Below the pieces are notes generated by a model. It made no database searches and was not told where the DNA came from. It was given only the letters and a program-made list of their open reading frames with translations. Source: Heterodontus francisci (Eukaryota). From it: a stretch of 64,000 nucleotides of DNA. A program made the position numbers and the translations under genes. The DNA lies in NCBI RefSeq assembly GCF_036365525.1, contig NC_090404.1, positions 3,410,001 to 3,474,000 on the forward strand. The letters run 5' to 3'. Numbering within the stretch: the stretch's first letter is position 1; each line of letters starts with the position of its first letter. This document shows positions 51,139-64,000 of this stretch, one piece after another.

Positions 51139-51544
51139 GTCAGTCCTTTACACACAAAATGATTCGGTAAAAGACTGGCAAACAGACAGATATTTACTTT
51201 ATTCTTTCACGGGATGCGAGCATCGCTGGCTGGACCAGCATTTATTGCCCATCCCTAATTGCGCTTGAGAAGGTGGTGGTGAGCTGCCTTCTTGAACAAC
51301 TGCAATCCATGTGGGGTAGATACACCCACAGTGCTATTAGGAAGGGAGTTCCAGGATTTTGAGCCAGCGACAGTGAAGGAACGGCAATATAGTTTCAAGT
51401 CGGAATGGTGTGTGACTTGGAGGGGAACTTGCAGGTTGTGGTGTTCCCATGCATCTGCTGCCATTGCCCTTTTAGGTAGTAGAGGTTGCGGGTTTGACAG
51501 GTGTTGTCGAAGGAGCGTTGGTCAATCTTGTAGAAAGTAAGCGG

Positions 51545-51785
51545 ATAGACAGAAAAGCAGACCAAGAAATTGACAAATTGATAAGATAGATAGATTGACA
51601 GACTCGAACAGATAGATAGTGAGATACATACATATAGAGTGGTAGAGAGTTTGATTGCTAAATAGAGAAACAGACAGAATTGATTAATACAGATATAGAG
51701 ACAGATGGATAGAGAGACAGACATACAGAGAGATTGATTGATAGACAAAGAGAGAGAGAATTATATAGATAAGAGAGAGAAAGCG
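51545..51785. repeat. Degenerate (AGAT/AGAC/AG)n simple repeat
   Basis: Visible purine-rich tetranucleotide tract in Cdelta intron 2. Confidence 0.8.
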
Positions 51786-51840
51786 AGATATGCTGGACCC
51801 AGCCAACTAAATCAAGGATTTGATTTGATATTTATTACAG

Positions 51841-51951
51841 ATCTACCGAAGGTGAATTTTTTGTCTTTGACGGTGATGGGATTGAGAGTTCTCTTCTTTA
51901 AAAGCATTGCCTTCAATGTCATGATGACCGCCAGGGTGTTGCTCTTTTAAG
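51841..51951 (+). CDS. TRDC: TCR delta constant exon 3 (transmembrane and cytoplasmic)
   Basis: DLPKVNFLSLTVMGLRVLFFKSIAFNVMMTARVLLF*; TM Arg/Lys pair of alpha/delta chains; KVNxxSLTVxGLR is delta-like; stop 51948-51950 followed by a GTAAGC donor. Confidence 0.93.
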
Positions 51952-52994
51952 GTAAGCTCGATCACCCAAATGTGTAAATAGAGACAGAAGATGTGATGGG
52001 CAATATTGTTAGCAGTAAACATGGCTAGTAATACAACAAACCTCTCGATTTGCATTCCTATAACTGGTGGGTACCTGCCTTACCACTGTTAAGCCAAACG
52101 CCACTAGATAGTCTTATAATACTTGGATGTAATAACTAACTTTGATGAGCCGCAAATCGGGTGTAGGGTATCAGTCTCCCTTAATACAGCCTGGTCCATT
52201 TTCCTATCTATTCTACAATAATGATCAGCCTTTCCCCTGCGCCCATTTTGCATCCCGTCCAAGATGAATGTTAACACCTTTGTCTTCTGAAACCTGTCCA
52301 GATATGGACCATTACTATCGTCTTGCTGTAGTTCAAGGAACAGAGCCTAAGCATTCTGAAGTCTCTTATCAATAAATCTGTTCATGTCTTTTTTCAGTCT
52401 ATTTATTTTCTATTGCACCTCCTAATTGCCTGTATACACATTTTAGAATAAGATAGGAGCAAAAAACAATGCTTCATTTGAGGCCCAACCAGCACTTTGC
52501 ATAAATTCGTCGTTGGCAACTTGGTTTGATGATAGCATCTTTTCTTTTTACCATATCCTTATGCTTCAATTTCTCCATGGCATCGCTCCTCCCTATCTCT
52601 ATAACTTCCTCCAGCTCTCCTACCTCTACGAAATCCGTGTTCCTCCAACTCAAACCTCCCACTCCTAGTCTTGTCACTGCAACATTGGTGGCCTATGTTT
52701 TAAGGTCTGGACTTTCCTCCGTAAACCTATTCACCTCCCTACCTATGCGACACAGTGCCAAATGTTGACAATTACGCTCTTGTAAAGCCCCTTGGGATGT
52801 CAGAAGCTCTATATAACTGCTGTTTATTAACGGTGTAGCTGTCTTTCTGTCACTACCCTACTTTTAAAGATCTGCCTATCTCTAGTCTCTAGACTTCTCG
52901 ATTATTCTAAAATTCGAGTAATGTTGCCATTTACGGTACTTCCTCTCCCAAATATGTTCAAACTCACATAGGTCCACTTTGGGGTTACTTTGCC

Positions 52995-53210
52995 AACCGG
53001 GGCTCAGTTGGTAGCATTGTCGTATCTGACTCTGAAGGTTGTGAGTTCAAGTCCCACTCCAGAGACTTAAGCGTAAAACTCTTGGATGAAACATCAGTGC
53101 AGTACTAAGGCGTGCTGCACTGACAAAGGTGCCAACTTTCCTATGACACGTTAAACCGAGGCCCTTTTGCTATTTCAGTTGTATGCAAAAAGATTCCACG
53201 GCCATTATTT
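52995..53210 (+). repeat. tRNA-derived SINE
   Basis: A box GGCTCAGTTGGTAG and B box GTTCAAGTCCC followed by a non-tRNA body. Confidence 0.7.
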
Positions 53211-54049
53211 CTAGTTTTTTAAATTAATTTTCATTTTTTAAAATGTATTCATGGAATGTGGGCATCGCTGACCAGGTACTCTGGGTAATGTTTAATCTGA
53301 AATATCTGGTCATTTGTGGGAGCTTGCTATATGAAAACTGGCAAATTGGCCGCGTTTCCTTCATTACATCAGTGACTAAATATTTCATTTGCAATGTACT
53401 AATATTGAGAAAGACACCAAATAACTGCACGTCTTTCTTTTTATTTTCTATATTATTCTAAAGTGCTATCGTAACCCGCACCAAGTCCTGTTCACCCATT
53501 ACCCCTGTTCTCGCTGACCTACATTGGTTCCTGGTTGAGCAATGCCTCTATTTTAAAATTATCATCCTTCTTTTCAAATCCCTGATGGTTTTGCCCCTCC
53601 CTATCTCTGCAACCTCCTCACTCTACAAGTTTCTGGGATATCTTCGCTCTTCAAATTATGACTTCTTGCGCATTCATGATTTTAATCACTCCACCATTGG
53701 TGTCTTGCTTTCAGCTGCAGAAGCACAAAGCTCTGGAATTCTCTCCTTAACCCTCTCTGCTTCTCTTTCTCTCTGTCCTGCTTTAAGATGCTCGCATCCT
53801 TGCTCATCTGCCCTCATATCTCCCTGGCTCGGTGTCAAATTGTGTTTGATAACACTCCTGTTTTACTACATCAAATGTGCTATATAAATGCAAGTTGCTT
53901 TTGTTACATTACTCATTTCTAACCTTTACCGATTTCTGAGGACAAGTTACGAGAACAGGTTGCAGAACATGGTTTGTAGTCCCTTCATCTGAGATGATTG
54001 ATGACTGAGGCATTCGAGATGTGAAAAACAATCGATAGGGGTAGATACA

Positions 54050-54960
54050 CAAAAGGTTCACATGCAGGTACATCAAGTAATTAGGAAGGCAAATGGAATG
54101 CTGGCCTTTATTGCAAGGGGGATGGTGTAGGGAAGTGTTGCATTGGTGAGACCGCACCTAGAGTACTGTGCAGTTTTGGTCTCCTTACTTAAGGAGGGAT
54201 ATACTTTCATTGGAGGCAGTCCAGAGCTTTCTGGGATGATGGGTTTGTCTTGTGAGGAAAGGTTGAGCATGTTGGCCCTATACTCGTTGGAGTTTAGAAG
54301 AAAGAGAGGTGATCTTCTTGAAACATATAAGAGTCTGAGGCGGCTTGACAGGGTAGATGCTTAGAGGATGTTTCCCCTCGTGGGGCACACTTTCAAACTA
54401 AGGGGTCTCCCATTTAAGACAGAGATGAGGAGGAATTTCCTCTCTCAGATGTTGGTTAATCTTTGGAATTCTCTTCCCCAGAGATAAATGGAGGAAGGGC
54501 CATTGAATATATTCAAAACTGTGGTAAACATATTTTTGGTCGAAAAGTGAGTCAAAGGTTATGGGGGCCGGGCAGGAAAGTGGAATTGAGGCCATAATCA
54601 GATCACCCATGATCTTGTTGAATGGCGGAGCAGGCTCGAGGGGATCAATGGCCTACTCCTGCTTCTATTTCTTGTTATCTTGTGCAGATAAACTATTTCC
54701 TCTGTTCAGGAAATTTAGGAGGGAAACCATTAATCCTTTTTCACAACAAGGCTCGTACAAATCTGGAGCAATCGTCCCTAAAAATTGCCGGGGGGAATTG
54801 GTGGCTTACGAGATTGAGGTAGGTAGATTTAAATCAGGAAAGAGTTCTAAAGGATATTGAAGCTAAGTCGGGAAAATAAAGTTCAGGTACAGATCTCATT
54901 GAATGGTGAAGCAGTCTCAAGGGGCTGAATCGCCAATCCTGTTGCTGAGGATCGTATGTT
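54050..54960 (+). mobile_element. CR1 LINE 3' fragments
   Basis: ORF 54143..54364 VRPHLEYC...RRKRGDLLETYK. Confidence 0.8.
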
Positions 54961-55248
54961 TTGTGCTGACCCTTACGTCTATGGTAGGCAATTCCCATGT
55001 CCTCTATATTTCCAGAATGCAACCTAAAGCAAATGAACTGATCCATTAAAATATGGATAAAAGAACAGAGGACAATGTTTCGATTGCGTTAAATGTTGAA
55101 GAATCTGCACTGCACTTTTTTAAGCTAGAGAGTTGGAGGCGGAAAATCATTTGCTCCTAAAGGTTGAATGAAAATTAAACGTGCCCTTCCCTCTCCCGCT
55201 GTTCAGTGTCACGTCTTGCTAATGCTATTGGTGTTTTCATTCAAACAG

Positions 55249-55480
55249 GAATTTTCTGCGATGAGATGCATTCAAGGGTGAACACAGGCACTTCGAGACC
55301 AATGAATCAGCTTTACTTAATTCAACATAGCTTGTTTTAAATAGCTAATTTTCCACTGTTGAGCATCCTCCTTTAGGTAATATTCCTCTCGCTTCTGTGA
55401 TTATATTGATTTTATTGTCATAGTTTTGGATAAGTCCTACAGCATATGATATGCAAATAAATCAGTGATGCGCGTGAGCA
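55249..55480 (+). other. TRDC: Putative Cdelta 3'-UTR exon 4 with polyadenylation signal
   Basis: Acceptor TTTTCATTCAAACAG ending at 55248, non-repetitive sequence, AATAAA 55456-55461; the donor after the TM-exon stop implies a downstream UTR exon. Confidence 0.55.
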
Positions 55481-56949
55481 ACAGATTTCTGTGTGTATAG
55501 GTCATAATTGTGTTTTGATGCTTGAATTAGTCAAAGGCACTTTTCCAAATATAGAATTTTAGATGCAAATACATACATAATTTCGAATTTTGCCTGTCTT
55601 CCTTATGATGATAAAATCTTACTGCACAGAAGAAGGCCATTCCGCCCATTGTAGCTGTGCTAACTGTTTCAAGCAGCTATCCAACTAGTCCAAATCCCAT
55701 TGCTCGGTCCGATTTTTTTCTCGAAGATATTTGAAATATTGTTTCTTTTTTAATTTTTATATCATTTAAGAGCTTCGGATGCATTCATTTGACTAACATC
55801 TGATTGGATTTGAATCAAAATATTTAACTGAAGAGTTCCATCTCAATTGAGACTAGGAAAGTTAGATTGAAAGTATCCCAGAGCCATGTTTTTATTTGCG
55901 TTTTAATGCGGGTTTTTACCAGTTGGGAGTGATTCGGAGTGGGAGGTTTTCTCTGGTTACCTTTCATTATCTCTGTGAGTCAATGGATTGATCTGGTTCT
56001 TTAATCACATTTTTGTGAGTGAATATATCTGGCAATACTATGTTCCTTGATTTTTTTTACATTTTTTTAAGACTCTATGACTCTATAACTCTATGTACTG
56101 ACTAAATATCAATAAACTTAGTAACTTTAATGACGCGTGGCTTCAGTCTCTTTGTTTCCACTTTAACACAATGGGAATAAATGTGTGAACTTCAGTCAGC
56201 ATACAGCATGTAAAATTTTACAGCACAGAAGGGGGCCATTCGGCCCATCGTGCTTGTGTCGGCTCTTTAAATGAATTAGCCTCACTTTCTGACTCTTTCC
56301 CCACATCCCTACAAACTATCCCTTTTCCATCATACATCCAGTTCGCTTTTCGAAGTTGCTCCTAAATTTGCTTCCAGTCTTTCCGTCAGACAGTGCATTC
56401 CAGGTCCTCACAAATCGCTGCCAGAAATAAATTCTCCTCATTTCCCCTCTGCTCTTTTGCCAATTTCCTTTAATTTGGATGCACTTTGGTAACCGATCCT
56501 GCGACCAAAAGAAACAATTTCTCCTTGTCCATTCTAGCAAAACACTCAGAATTTGGAACGCCTTTAGCAAATCTCCCCTTAGCCTCCTCTACTCTAAGTG
56601 CCCAATCCCAGCTTCTCCAGTCTGCAGGAATAACTGAAGTCTGTCATCCCTGCTACCATTCTAGTAAATCTCCTCTTCACCCTCTAATGCCTTCACTCCC
56701 TTCCAGAAATGTGCTGCCCAGAATTGGACATAATATCCCGGCTGAGGCCTAACTACTGAATTATAAAAGTTTAGCATTACTTCCTGAACATCTGGAGTGC
56801 ATTATCACTTCTATTTGAATTCTAAGAGGAATATTTGGGCCCTCCAATCTAAAATTACTGAACGGCACAAGAGCCTGCGACGCTGGGTCAGCCTTCAAGT
56901 TGATGCTCTAATTTTTCCATCAGGTTGCTATTTTTTAAAAAATCAACCA

Positions 56950-57205
56950 GCAGCTGGAGGGTTAATTGAGTTTCGGCTGCGCGTTTCGACAGCAACTGTT
57001 GAGATAGAATGATACACGAGTTGCCCCTTGATTGGAGGAACTAGAGTCCCGTTGACAAGGCAACCAACGGCAGACGGAAATGGGTTGAAGTTGCGGTTTC
57101 AATGAACACGCTCTCAGAATATCAGTTTGCACAAACCGAGAAATGTGGTTTAATTGTCTGGGCCTGGAAACGACAGCAGCGAGATGGCAGTTAGGCGTGG
57201 AAGTG
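56950..57205. promoter_or_regulatory. Candidate T-lineage enhancer or promoter (Myb/Runx/GATA/Ets/E-box cluster)
   Basis: Myb YAACKG at 56993, 57049(-), 57065, 57188(-); Runx TGYGGT at 57092, 57144; AGATAG 57002; CAGCTG 56951; GGAAGT 57199. Confidence 0.4.
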
Positions 57206-57774
57206 GGGGACTGCGGGTGGGGGTGGACGGGTGGTGGCGGATGTTACAATGAGCAAGGATGAAAAACAAATATTAGCAACATTAACCAGTGACTTTCCGA
57301 GCCACAAAAACTACAGCACATTACTTTTTTCTGAAGCATAGATTTTATCTGTTCTTTAGACACCAACTAATCAAGAATCAAATGGTTATGTTGCATTCCT
57401 GTGAGTGCACCTGTCGTCACGGATCATCAACGAATCATACAGTGGAGACGGCGGCCATTCGGCCTATTTTTCCTCTACATGCCCTTTCAAAGGGTTAAAC
57501 ACCTGTTCCCTCGCCTTTGTCTTTCCCCAGAGAGCTGCAGATGATACCGTTCCAATTATCTATGCAATTCTCTTTTGAAAGTTACTGTTGAACATGCTCT
57601 TCTTTCAAGGAGTGCATGCCAGAACCTAACAACTTGATACACTAAAATAAAATAAAGTTTCTCCTCATTTCCCCCTTGGCTTTTTATGCCACTTTTAAAT
57701 GTGTCCCTCTGGTTGCTCACCATCTTGTTTGTCCTTATTTACTCTCTTAAATGTCATCATAATGCTGAACAACT

Positions 57775-58818
57775 CTGTGCAGCTGCATCAAGCTGTGCGT
57801 AGGCCCTGAGTATGCAGACAACAAGTATCACTACGTGCTGAGGTTCTATCTGTCCCTGGTGTTGTGAAGAATTGGTCTGGCCATGTTGCCGCAGAATGCT
57901 TCATCCAGTTGGACCGTGACGTACCACCTGACCCTCATGGAAAAGTTTGTGCAGAAAAACACCTTTTACCATAACTCCATCAAGCACCGGTCCACATGGA
58001 ATGTCCTCGAGGCCCTGCGAGGAAAGGAGATGGTGGATCCTGTCGGATGGTTCCCCGAGCAGACTGTCAAAGTCCTTTGGCAGAATGCCTCATCACCAGA
58101 ACTTTCAAACACTTACCAAGACGTCGCCTGACAGGTGGTGAGAAGGGCTCTCCCTATCAGATCTCTCATGCACACCCCGAGTCTCACTCCCGCTGCACGT
58201 TGTCTTCGGGGTGTCTGCAATGCGGAAGTGACCATTGCCCATCTCCTTCTGGAATGTGCCTTTGCAAAGCACGTCTGTCGAGGGATGCAGTGGTTTTTGT
58301 CGAGGTTCATCTCGAGCAGCTGCATGGCAAACAATTCTGTGCTCCATGGTCTGTTCCCAGGAATGCACACTGAAAGAAACTTCAACTGTTGCTGGAGGGA
58401 CAACAACTTGGCAAAATACACTCTTTGGTCTGCTCGAAACATGCTGGTCAACCAGTGCTAAGAGTTGTCCACCACCGAGTGTTTCAGACTGGCACATTGC
58501 GAGGTCCAGGACTACGTGCTGAGGGACGCACTAAAACTTGGGGCAGCCGCCACAAAGGTTCAATGGGGAAAGGCCACTGTTTAAGGTCCTTCCACTATAT
58601 TATACCGAGGGGAAAGAAACTATGTTAAACCCCTTGGGCTATATGATTCTCATGAAATGTATGTGGTAAATATCACGTGTAATTGCAATTGTATTGAGTG
58701 CCAGAGGCTGCGTGCAAAGAACTTGACGCAAATTGCACTTTCGATAAAGAACAATTTGAAGTTTTATGGAATGTGCTTATGGACATTTTATGAATAAAGT
58801 ATATTATTAGAAAAAAAA
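57775..58818 (+). mobile_element. Tx1/L1-type LINE 3' end
   Basis: ORF 58135..58461 VRRALPIRS...CLRGVCNAEVTIAHLLLECAFAK (C-terminal Cys/His motif); AATAAA and A-rich end at about 58793-58818. Confidence 0.8.
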
Positions 58819-59069
58819 ATCTTTCAACATCTCCACTTAGCGTTTTCAGCTCTAAGGAGAATGATCCCAGCTTCTCTAAATCCATTAAGTTAACGGCTTG
58901 AGAAACATTCAATTTCAATATATGAATGCATTTGTACAGTACGCATTGGATCAACTAGTTTATATACATTGCAAAAGATGTCATCCACCTTAAAAATTTA
59001 ATTGTGAAATTTCAACTACCACGATCCTGATTTCTGGAATTCCGCCCTTAAACAGCTCTTCGTCTTTCA

Positions 59070-61499
59070 TCGAATCATCGAAAAATGGAATCACGGAGTG
59101 TCTGCAGAACAGGAGGCCATTCGTCACGTCGTGGTTGTGCTGGCTTTCTGCAAAATCAACTCATCAAGTACCACACCCCGGCCTTTCCCCCGTAGCCCTG
59201 CAGTTGTTTTCTCATCAGATAATTGTTCAAATCTGTTTTGAAGGCTTGGATTGAACATGCCTCCCCTACACCTGCAGACAGAGCATTCCATATCCGAACC
59301 ACTCACTGCATTAAAAAAAAATCTTTTCTTCATATCGTCACTGCTTCTTTTGCCAATCACCTTAAAGCGGTGACCTCTAGTTTTGGATCCTTCGGCCAAT
59401 GGGAACAGTTTCTCTCTATCTGCTCTGCCCAGACCCCTCATAATTTTGAACACTTTTATCATAATCTGTTATTGATCTTCCCTTCTCCAAGGAGGACAGC
59501 CCCAGCTTCTCCAACCTATCCAGAGATTTGAAGTTCCTCATCCCTCGGAACATTCTGGTGAATCTTTTCTACGCCTTAACATCGTTCCGAAGGTGTAGCG
59601 CCCATAATTGGACAAAATTCTCCAGTTGAGGCTGTACCAGTTGTGCAGGTACATCATAAATTGCTTGTTCTTGTAATCTATACTCCTATTTATAAATCCC
59701 GGAATCTCGTATGCATCATTAACTGCTTTCTCATTCTGTCCTGCAACCTTTAACGATATGTACACATTTACACCCAGGTCCTCCTGCTTCTGCACCCTCT
59801 TCAGAATTGTACCCTTTAATTTATATTGCCTCTCCTCATTCTTCCAACTAAAATGAAGCACTTCACACTTCTGTGCATTAAATTTCATCTGCCACTTACC
59901 CAGCCATTCCACCAGACTGTTTATGTCCTCTTGAGGTTTATCACTGTCTCCCCTAACAGTTCATAATACTGCCAAGGTTTTTTGTCACCTCAAGTTTTCA
60001 AATTGTGCCCTGTACCCCCAAGCCTATGTCATTCATACATACCAAGAAACGCAGGTTTCGTCATACCGAGGCCTAGGGAAGCCCACTATATACCTCCGCC
60101 AGTCTGAAAACAGCCGCTCACCACTACTTTCTCCTTTTTGTCACCATCCATGCTGCCACTGTTCATTTTATTCCATGGCCTGTAACATTGCTGATAAAGT
60201 TGTTATGTGGCACTTTATCAAATAACACATCAACAGCGATACCTTCATGAATTTTCTTCCTTACCGCAACAAAAAACTCAAGCAATTTAGTAAAACACGG
60301 TTTGTCCTTAACAAATCCGTTATGGCTTTCTTTAATTAATCCACATTTAACCAAATGGCAGTTTTCTTTCCCCGAATTATCATTTCCCACCACGGAGTTA
60401 AACTGACTGGCCTGTAGTTGCAAGGCTTGTCCTTACATCCTTTTCTGAACAAGGATATAACACTTGCAATTCTCCAGTCATCTAACACAAACCTGTATCT
60501 AAGGAGGATTGGAAGATTATCGCCAGTGCCTCTGCAATTTCCACCTTTACTTCTCTCAGTATCTTTGGACGCATCCCATTCAGTCCTAGTGATGTATCAA
60601 CTTTGAGTACAGTCAGCCTATCTAGTACCTCATGTTTATCAATTTTTAGTCCATCTAGGTTCTCATGAACTCCTCTAACAACCTGATTTAGGCAGCATCT
60701 TTTCCCTTATTAAAGATAGATGCAAAATACTCATTTAATACATCAGCCATGACCCCTGACTCCATGCAGAAATCGCCTTTAAGGTCCCTAATCGGTCCCC
60801 ACTCATGATTTGCTACCCTTTTGCTATTTATATGCCTATAGAATGCTTTTGGACTCCCTTTAATGTTAGCTCCTAGTCTCCTCTCATACCCTCTCTTTGT
60901 TTCTCTTATTTGCTTTTTCACTTTCCCTTTGAGCTTTTTTTATTCAGCCTGTTCTCAGTTGTATTATCCATCCGACATCTGTCATATTCACCCTTTTTCT
61001 TCTTCGTCTTACTGTCTATCCCGTTGGTCATCCAGGGAGCGCTGAGTCTGATTGCCTTACCTTTCTCCACATTGGGAATATACCTTGACTATATCCAAGC
61101 TATCTCCCCTTTAATGGCAGTTTATTGTAAAGTTACAGTTTTGTCTGCCAATTATTGATTCCAGTTTTTTTTTTTGGGACAGATACTTTCTCACTCCATT
61201 GAAGTTGGTCCTTCCACCAATTTACTCTGGATTGTTCCTTGTCCTTTTTCGTCGCTAAACTAAACCTTAAGATGCGATGTTCACGGTCCCCTAAATGTTG
61301 CCGTGCTGACACTTTGTCCCACCTCATTACCTAGAACCAGATCCAGCAGTGCCTGCTTCCTCGTTGGACTGGAAGCATACTGATGTCGAAAATATTCCTG
61401 AACACATTCTAGAAACTCTTTCCTCTCTCAGCCCTTTACACTATCACTATCCCATTCTATATTAGGAAACTTAAAGTCACCATTTTAGCCACTCTATAA
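59070..61499 (-). mobile_element. Long degenerate CR1 LINE (RT and part of endonuclease)
   Basis: ORFs 59124-61327 with CR1 motifs (WQMKFNAQKCEVLHF, FDKVPH, ADVLNEYFASIF). Confidence 0.85.
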
Positions 61500-61577
61500 T
61501 TAGTCATTTAGTAGTACAGATCTTGAGTAGTGTTGAAAATAGAGACATGTCGAAGCTTTTGGCTTGCACTCATCAGG

Positions 61578-63513
61578 AAGGGAGTTCCAGGATTTTGGCG
61601 CAGCGACGGTTAAGGAACGGCGATATAGTTCCAAGTCAGGATGGTGTGTGACTTGGAGGGGAACTTGCAGGTGGTGGTGTTCCCATGTATTTGGTGCCCT
61701 TGTCATTCTAGTTGGTAGAGGTCGTGGGTTTGGAAGGTGCTGCCTATGGAGCCTTGGTGCGTTGCTGCAGTGCATCTTGTACACACTGCTGCCACTGTGC
61801 GTCAGTCGTGGAGGGAGTGAATGTTTGTGGATGGGTTGCCAATCAAGCGGGCTGCTTTGTCCTGGATGATGTCAAGCTTCTTGAGTGTTGTTGGAGCTGC
61901 ACCCATCCAGGCAAGTGGAGAGTATTCCATCATACTCCTGACTTGTGCCTTGTAGATGGTGGACAGGCTTTGGGGAGTCAGGAGATGAGTGACTCGCCTC
62001 AGGATTCCTAGCCTCTGATCTGCTCTTGTATTCACGGTATTTATATGGCTACTCTAGTTCAGTTTCTGGTCAATGGTAACCCCTAGGATGTTGATAGTGT
62101 GGGATTCACCAATGGTAATGCTGTTGAATGTCAAGGGGGGATGGTTAGATTCTCTCCTTTTGGAGATTTTCATTGCCTGGCACTTGTGTGGCGCGAATGT
62201 TACTTGCCACTTATCAGCCCAAGCCTGGATATTGTCCAGGCCTTGCTGCATTTCTGCACGGACTGCTTCAGTATGTGAGGAGTCACGAATGGTGCTGAAC
62301 ATTGTGCAATCATCCGCTAACATCCCCACTCTGACCTTATGATTGAAGGAAGGTCATTGATGAAGCAGCTGAAGATGGTTGGGCCTAGGACACTACCCTG
62401 AGGAACTCCTGCAGTGATGTCCTGGAGCTCAGATGATTGACCTCCAACAACCACAACCATCTTCCTTTGTGCTCGGTATGACTCCAGCCAGTGGAGGGTT
62501 TTCCCCCTGATTCCCATTGACCTCAGTTTTGCTCGGGCTCCTTGATGCCATACTCGATCAAATGCTGCCTTGATGTCAAGGGTAGTCACTCTCACCTCAC
62601 CTCTTGAGTTCAGCTCTTTTGTCCACGTTTGAACCAAGGCTGTAATGAGGTCAGGAGCTGAGTGGCCCTGGCGGAACCCAAACTGATCGTCACTGGGCAG
62701 GTTATTGCTAAGCAAGTGCTGCTTGATGGCACTGTTGCTGACACCTTCCATCACTTTACTGATAAGAGAGAGTAGGCTGATGGGGCGGTAATTGGCCGGA
62801 TTGGATTTGTCCTGCTTTTTGTGTACAGGACATATCTGGGCAAATTTCCACATTGCAGAGTAGATGCCAGTGTTGTAGTTGTACTGGAACAGCTTGTCTA
62901 GGGGCACGGCAAGTTCTGGAGCACAGGTCTTCATTAGTGTTGCCGGAATATTGACAGGGCCCATAGCTTTTTCAGTATCCAGTGCCTTCAGTCATTTCTT
63001 GATATCACGTGGAGTGAATCGAATTGGCTGAGGTCTGGCATCTGTGATGCTGGGGACTTCAGGAGGAGGCCGAGATGGATCATCAACTCGGCCCTTCAGG
63101 CTGAAGATTGTTGCAAATGCTTCAGTCTTATCTTTCGCACTGATGTGCTGGGCTCCTCCATCATTGAGGATGGGGATATTTGTGGAGCCACCTCCTCCAG
63201 TTAATTGTTTAATTGTTCACCACCATTCATGACTGGATGTGGCAGGGCTGCAGAGCTTAGATCTGATCCGTTGATTATGGGATCGCTTAGCTCTGTCTAT
63301 CGCATGCTGCTTACGTCCTGTGTTGCAGCTTCACCAGGTTGACACCTTATTTTGAGGTATGCCTGGTGCTGCTCCTGGCATGCCCTCCTGCACTCTTAAT
63401 TGAACCAGGGTTGGTCTCCTGGCTTGATGGCAATGGTAGAGTGGGGAATATACTGGGCCATGAGGTTACAGATTGTGGTTGAGTACAATTCTGCTGCTGC
63501 TGATGGCCCACAG
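61578..63513 (-). mobile_element. Non-LTR retrotransposon (CR1/Jockey-group RT), moderately young
   Basis: ORF 62317..62964 NYRPISLLS...QFGFRQGHS...LDIKAAFDRVWH...GVPQGSVLGP; MLADDC in 62054..62329. Confidence 0.9.
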
Positions 63514-63739
63514 AGCATTCGGAATATCATCCTTTCAGAAAATGGCATTTCTCTGATTTGCTATCCCTTCACTTTTCATAAATTCAGCGTATTTTTCAAC
63601 ACAGAATTTAGTCATTGTCTCAGCAATCTCGCTTTCTTTCATTAAAATTTACGGCACAGAGAAAAGGCCACTCAATCGAGTTTGTGCACTACCTATGCTC
63701 CACAGGATTCTCGTTGAGCAATTTCTTGTTTCTTATTGC

Positions 63740-64000
63740 ATTATACCAAGCCTCTCTTTATATCCCACGAGAGCCTATCTCATTTATTACAGCACTGGAT
63801 TGTGTCTCTGTTTATTTTACACTAGACCATGTCTCAGCTATTATTGCATTCAGTATGCCTCTATCTGCATTACACTTTGCTATTACTGCTCCTGACCATG
63901 CCTTTGTTTATATTGCATTCATTGCTGTGTTTGGTTTTGCTGCTATAGACCATGTCTTATGTTTAGATTACACTCGGCCATGTCTCAGTCATTGCTGCTG
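63740..64000. repeat. Degenerate minisatellite (ACACTAGACCATGTCTC-like units)
   Basis: Recurring (G)ACCATGTCT / TTACAC motifs; runs off the window edge. Confidence 0.45.

Noticed and set aside
50184-51951. C region as TCR alpha, TCR gamma or Ig constant
   Set aside because: The upstream 12/23 D, the TM R/K pair with KVNFLSLTVMGLR, and a C-terminus lacking the alpha-type W-x-S favour delta; 12-RSS Js argue against an IgH cluster
52995-53070. tRNA gene
   Set aside because: A and B boxes run into a SINE body repeated elsewhere (21380-21605); no complete cloverleaf seen
55913-55965. FGVG reading frame near GGTTTTTAC as a Jalpha
   Set aside because: No heptamer at the proper spacing, no splice donor, and following residues are not J-like

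Overview
Eukaryotic, repeat-rich DNA (CR1, Tx1, Gypsy and Penelope-type elements) with the hallmarks of a cartilaginous-fish (shark-like) genome. It holds the 3' core of a T-cell receptor delta locus on the + strand. Four V segments lie at 5.6-16.2 kb. They look like immunoglobulin heavy-chain V rather than TCR V: one IgW-like pseudo-VH and three related TAILV-like segments. All have 23-bp-spacer RSSs and all carry a cis defect. Downstream are one 5-nt D with 12/23 RSSs (33366-33370), about 16 J segments mostly with 12-bp RSSs (33.7-47.8 kb; ten arose from a five-fold tandem duplication of a J pair), and a three-coding-exon Cdelta gene (50184-51951). Ig-like V use by shark TCRdelta is established knowledge, not new. 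The potentially new details are the complementary V lesions, the tiny D with long J 5' ends, the J-pair array, candidate CTCF and Myb/Runx regulatory sites, a hammerhead-ribozyme-bearing inverted-repeat element, and nested Gmr1-like LTR elements. Most ORFs in the supplied track are retroelement fragments or spurious. All calls are by eye; no database search was run.
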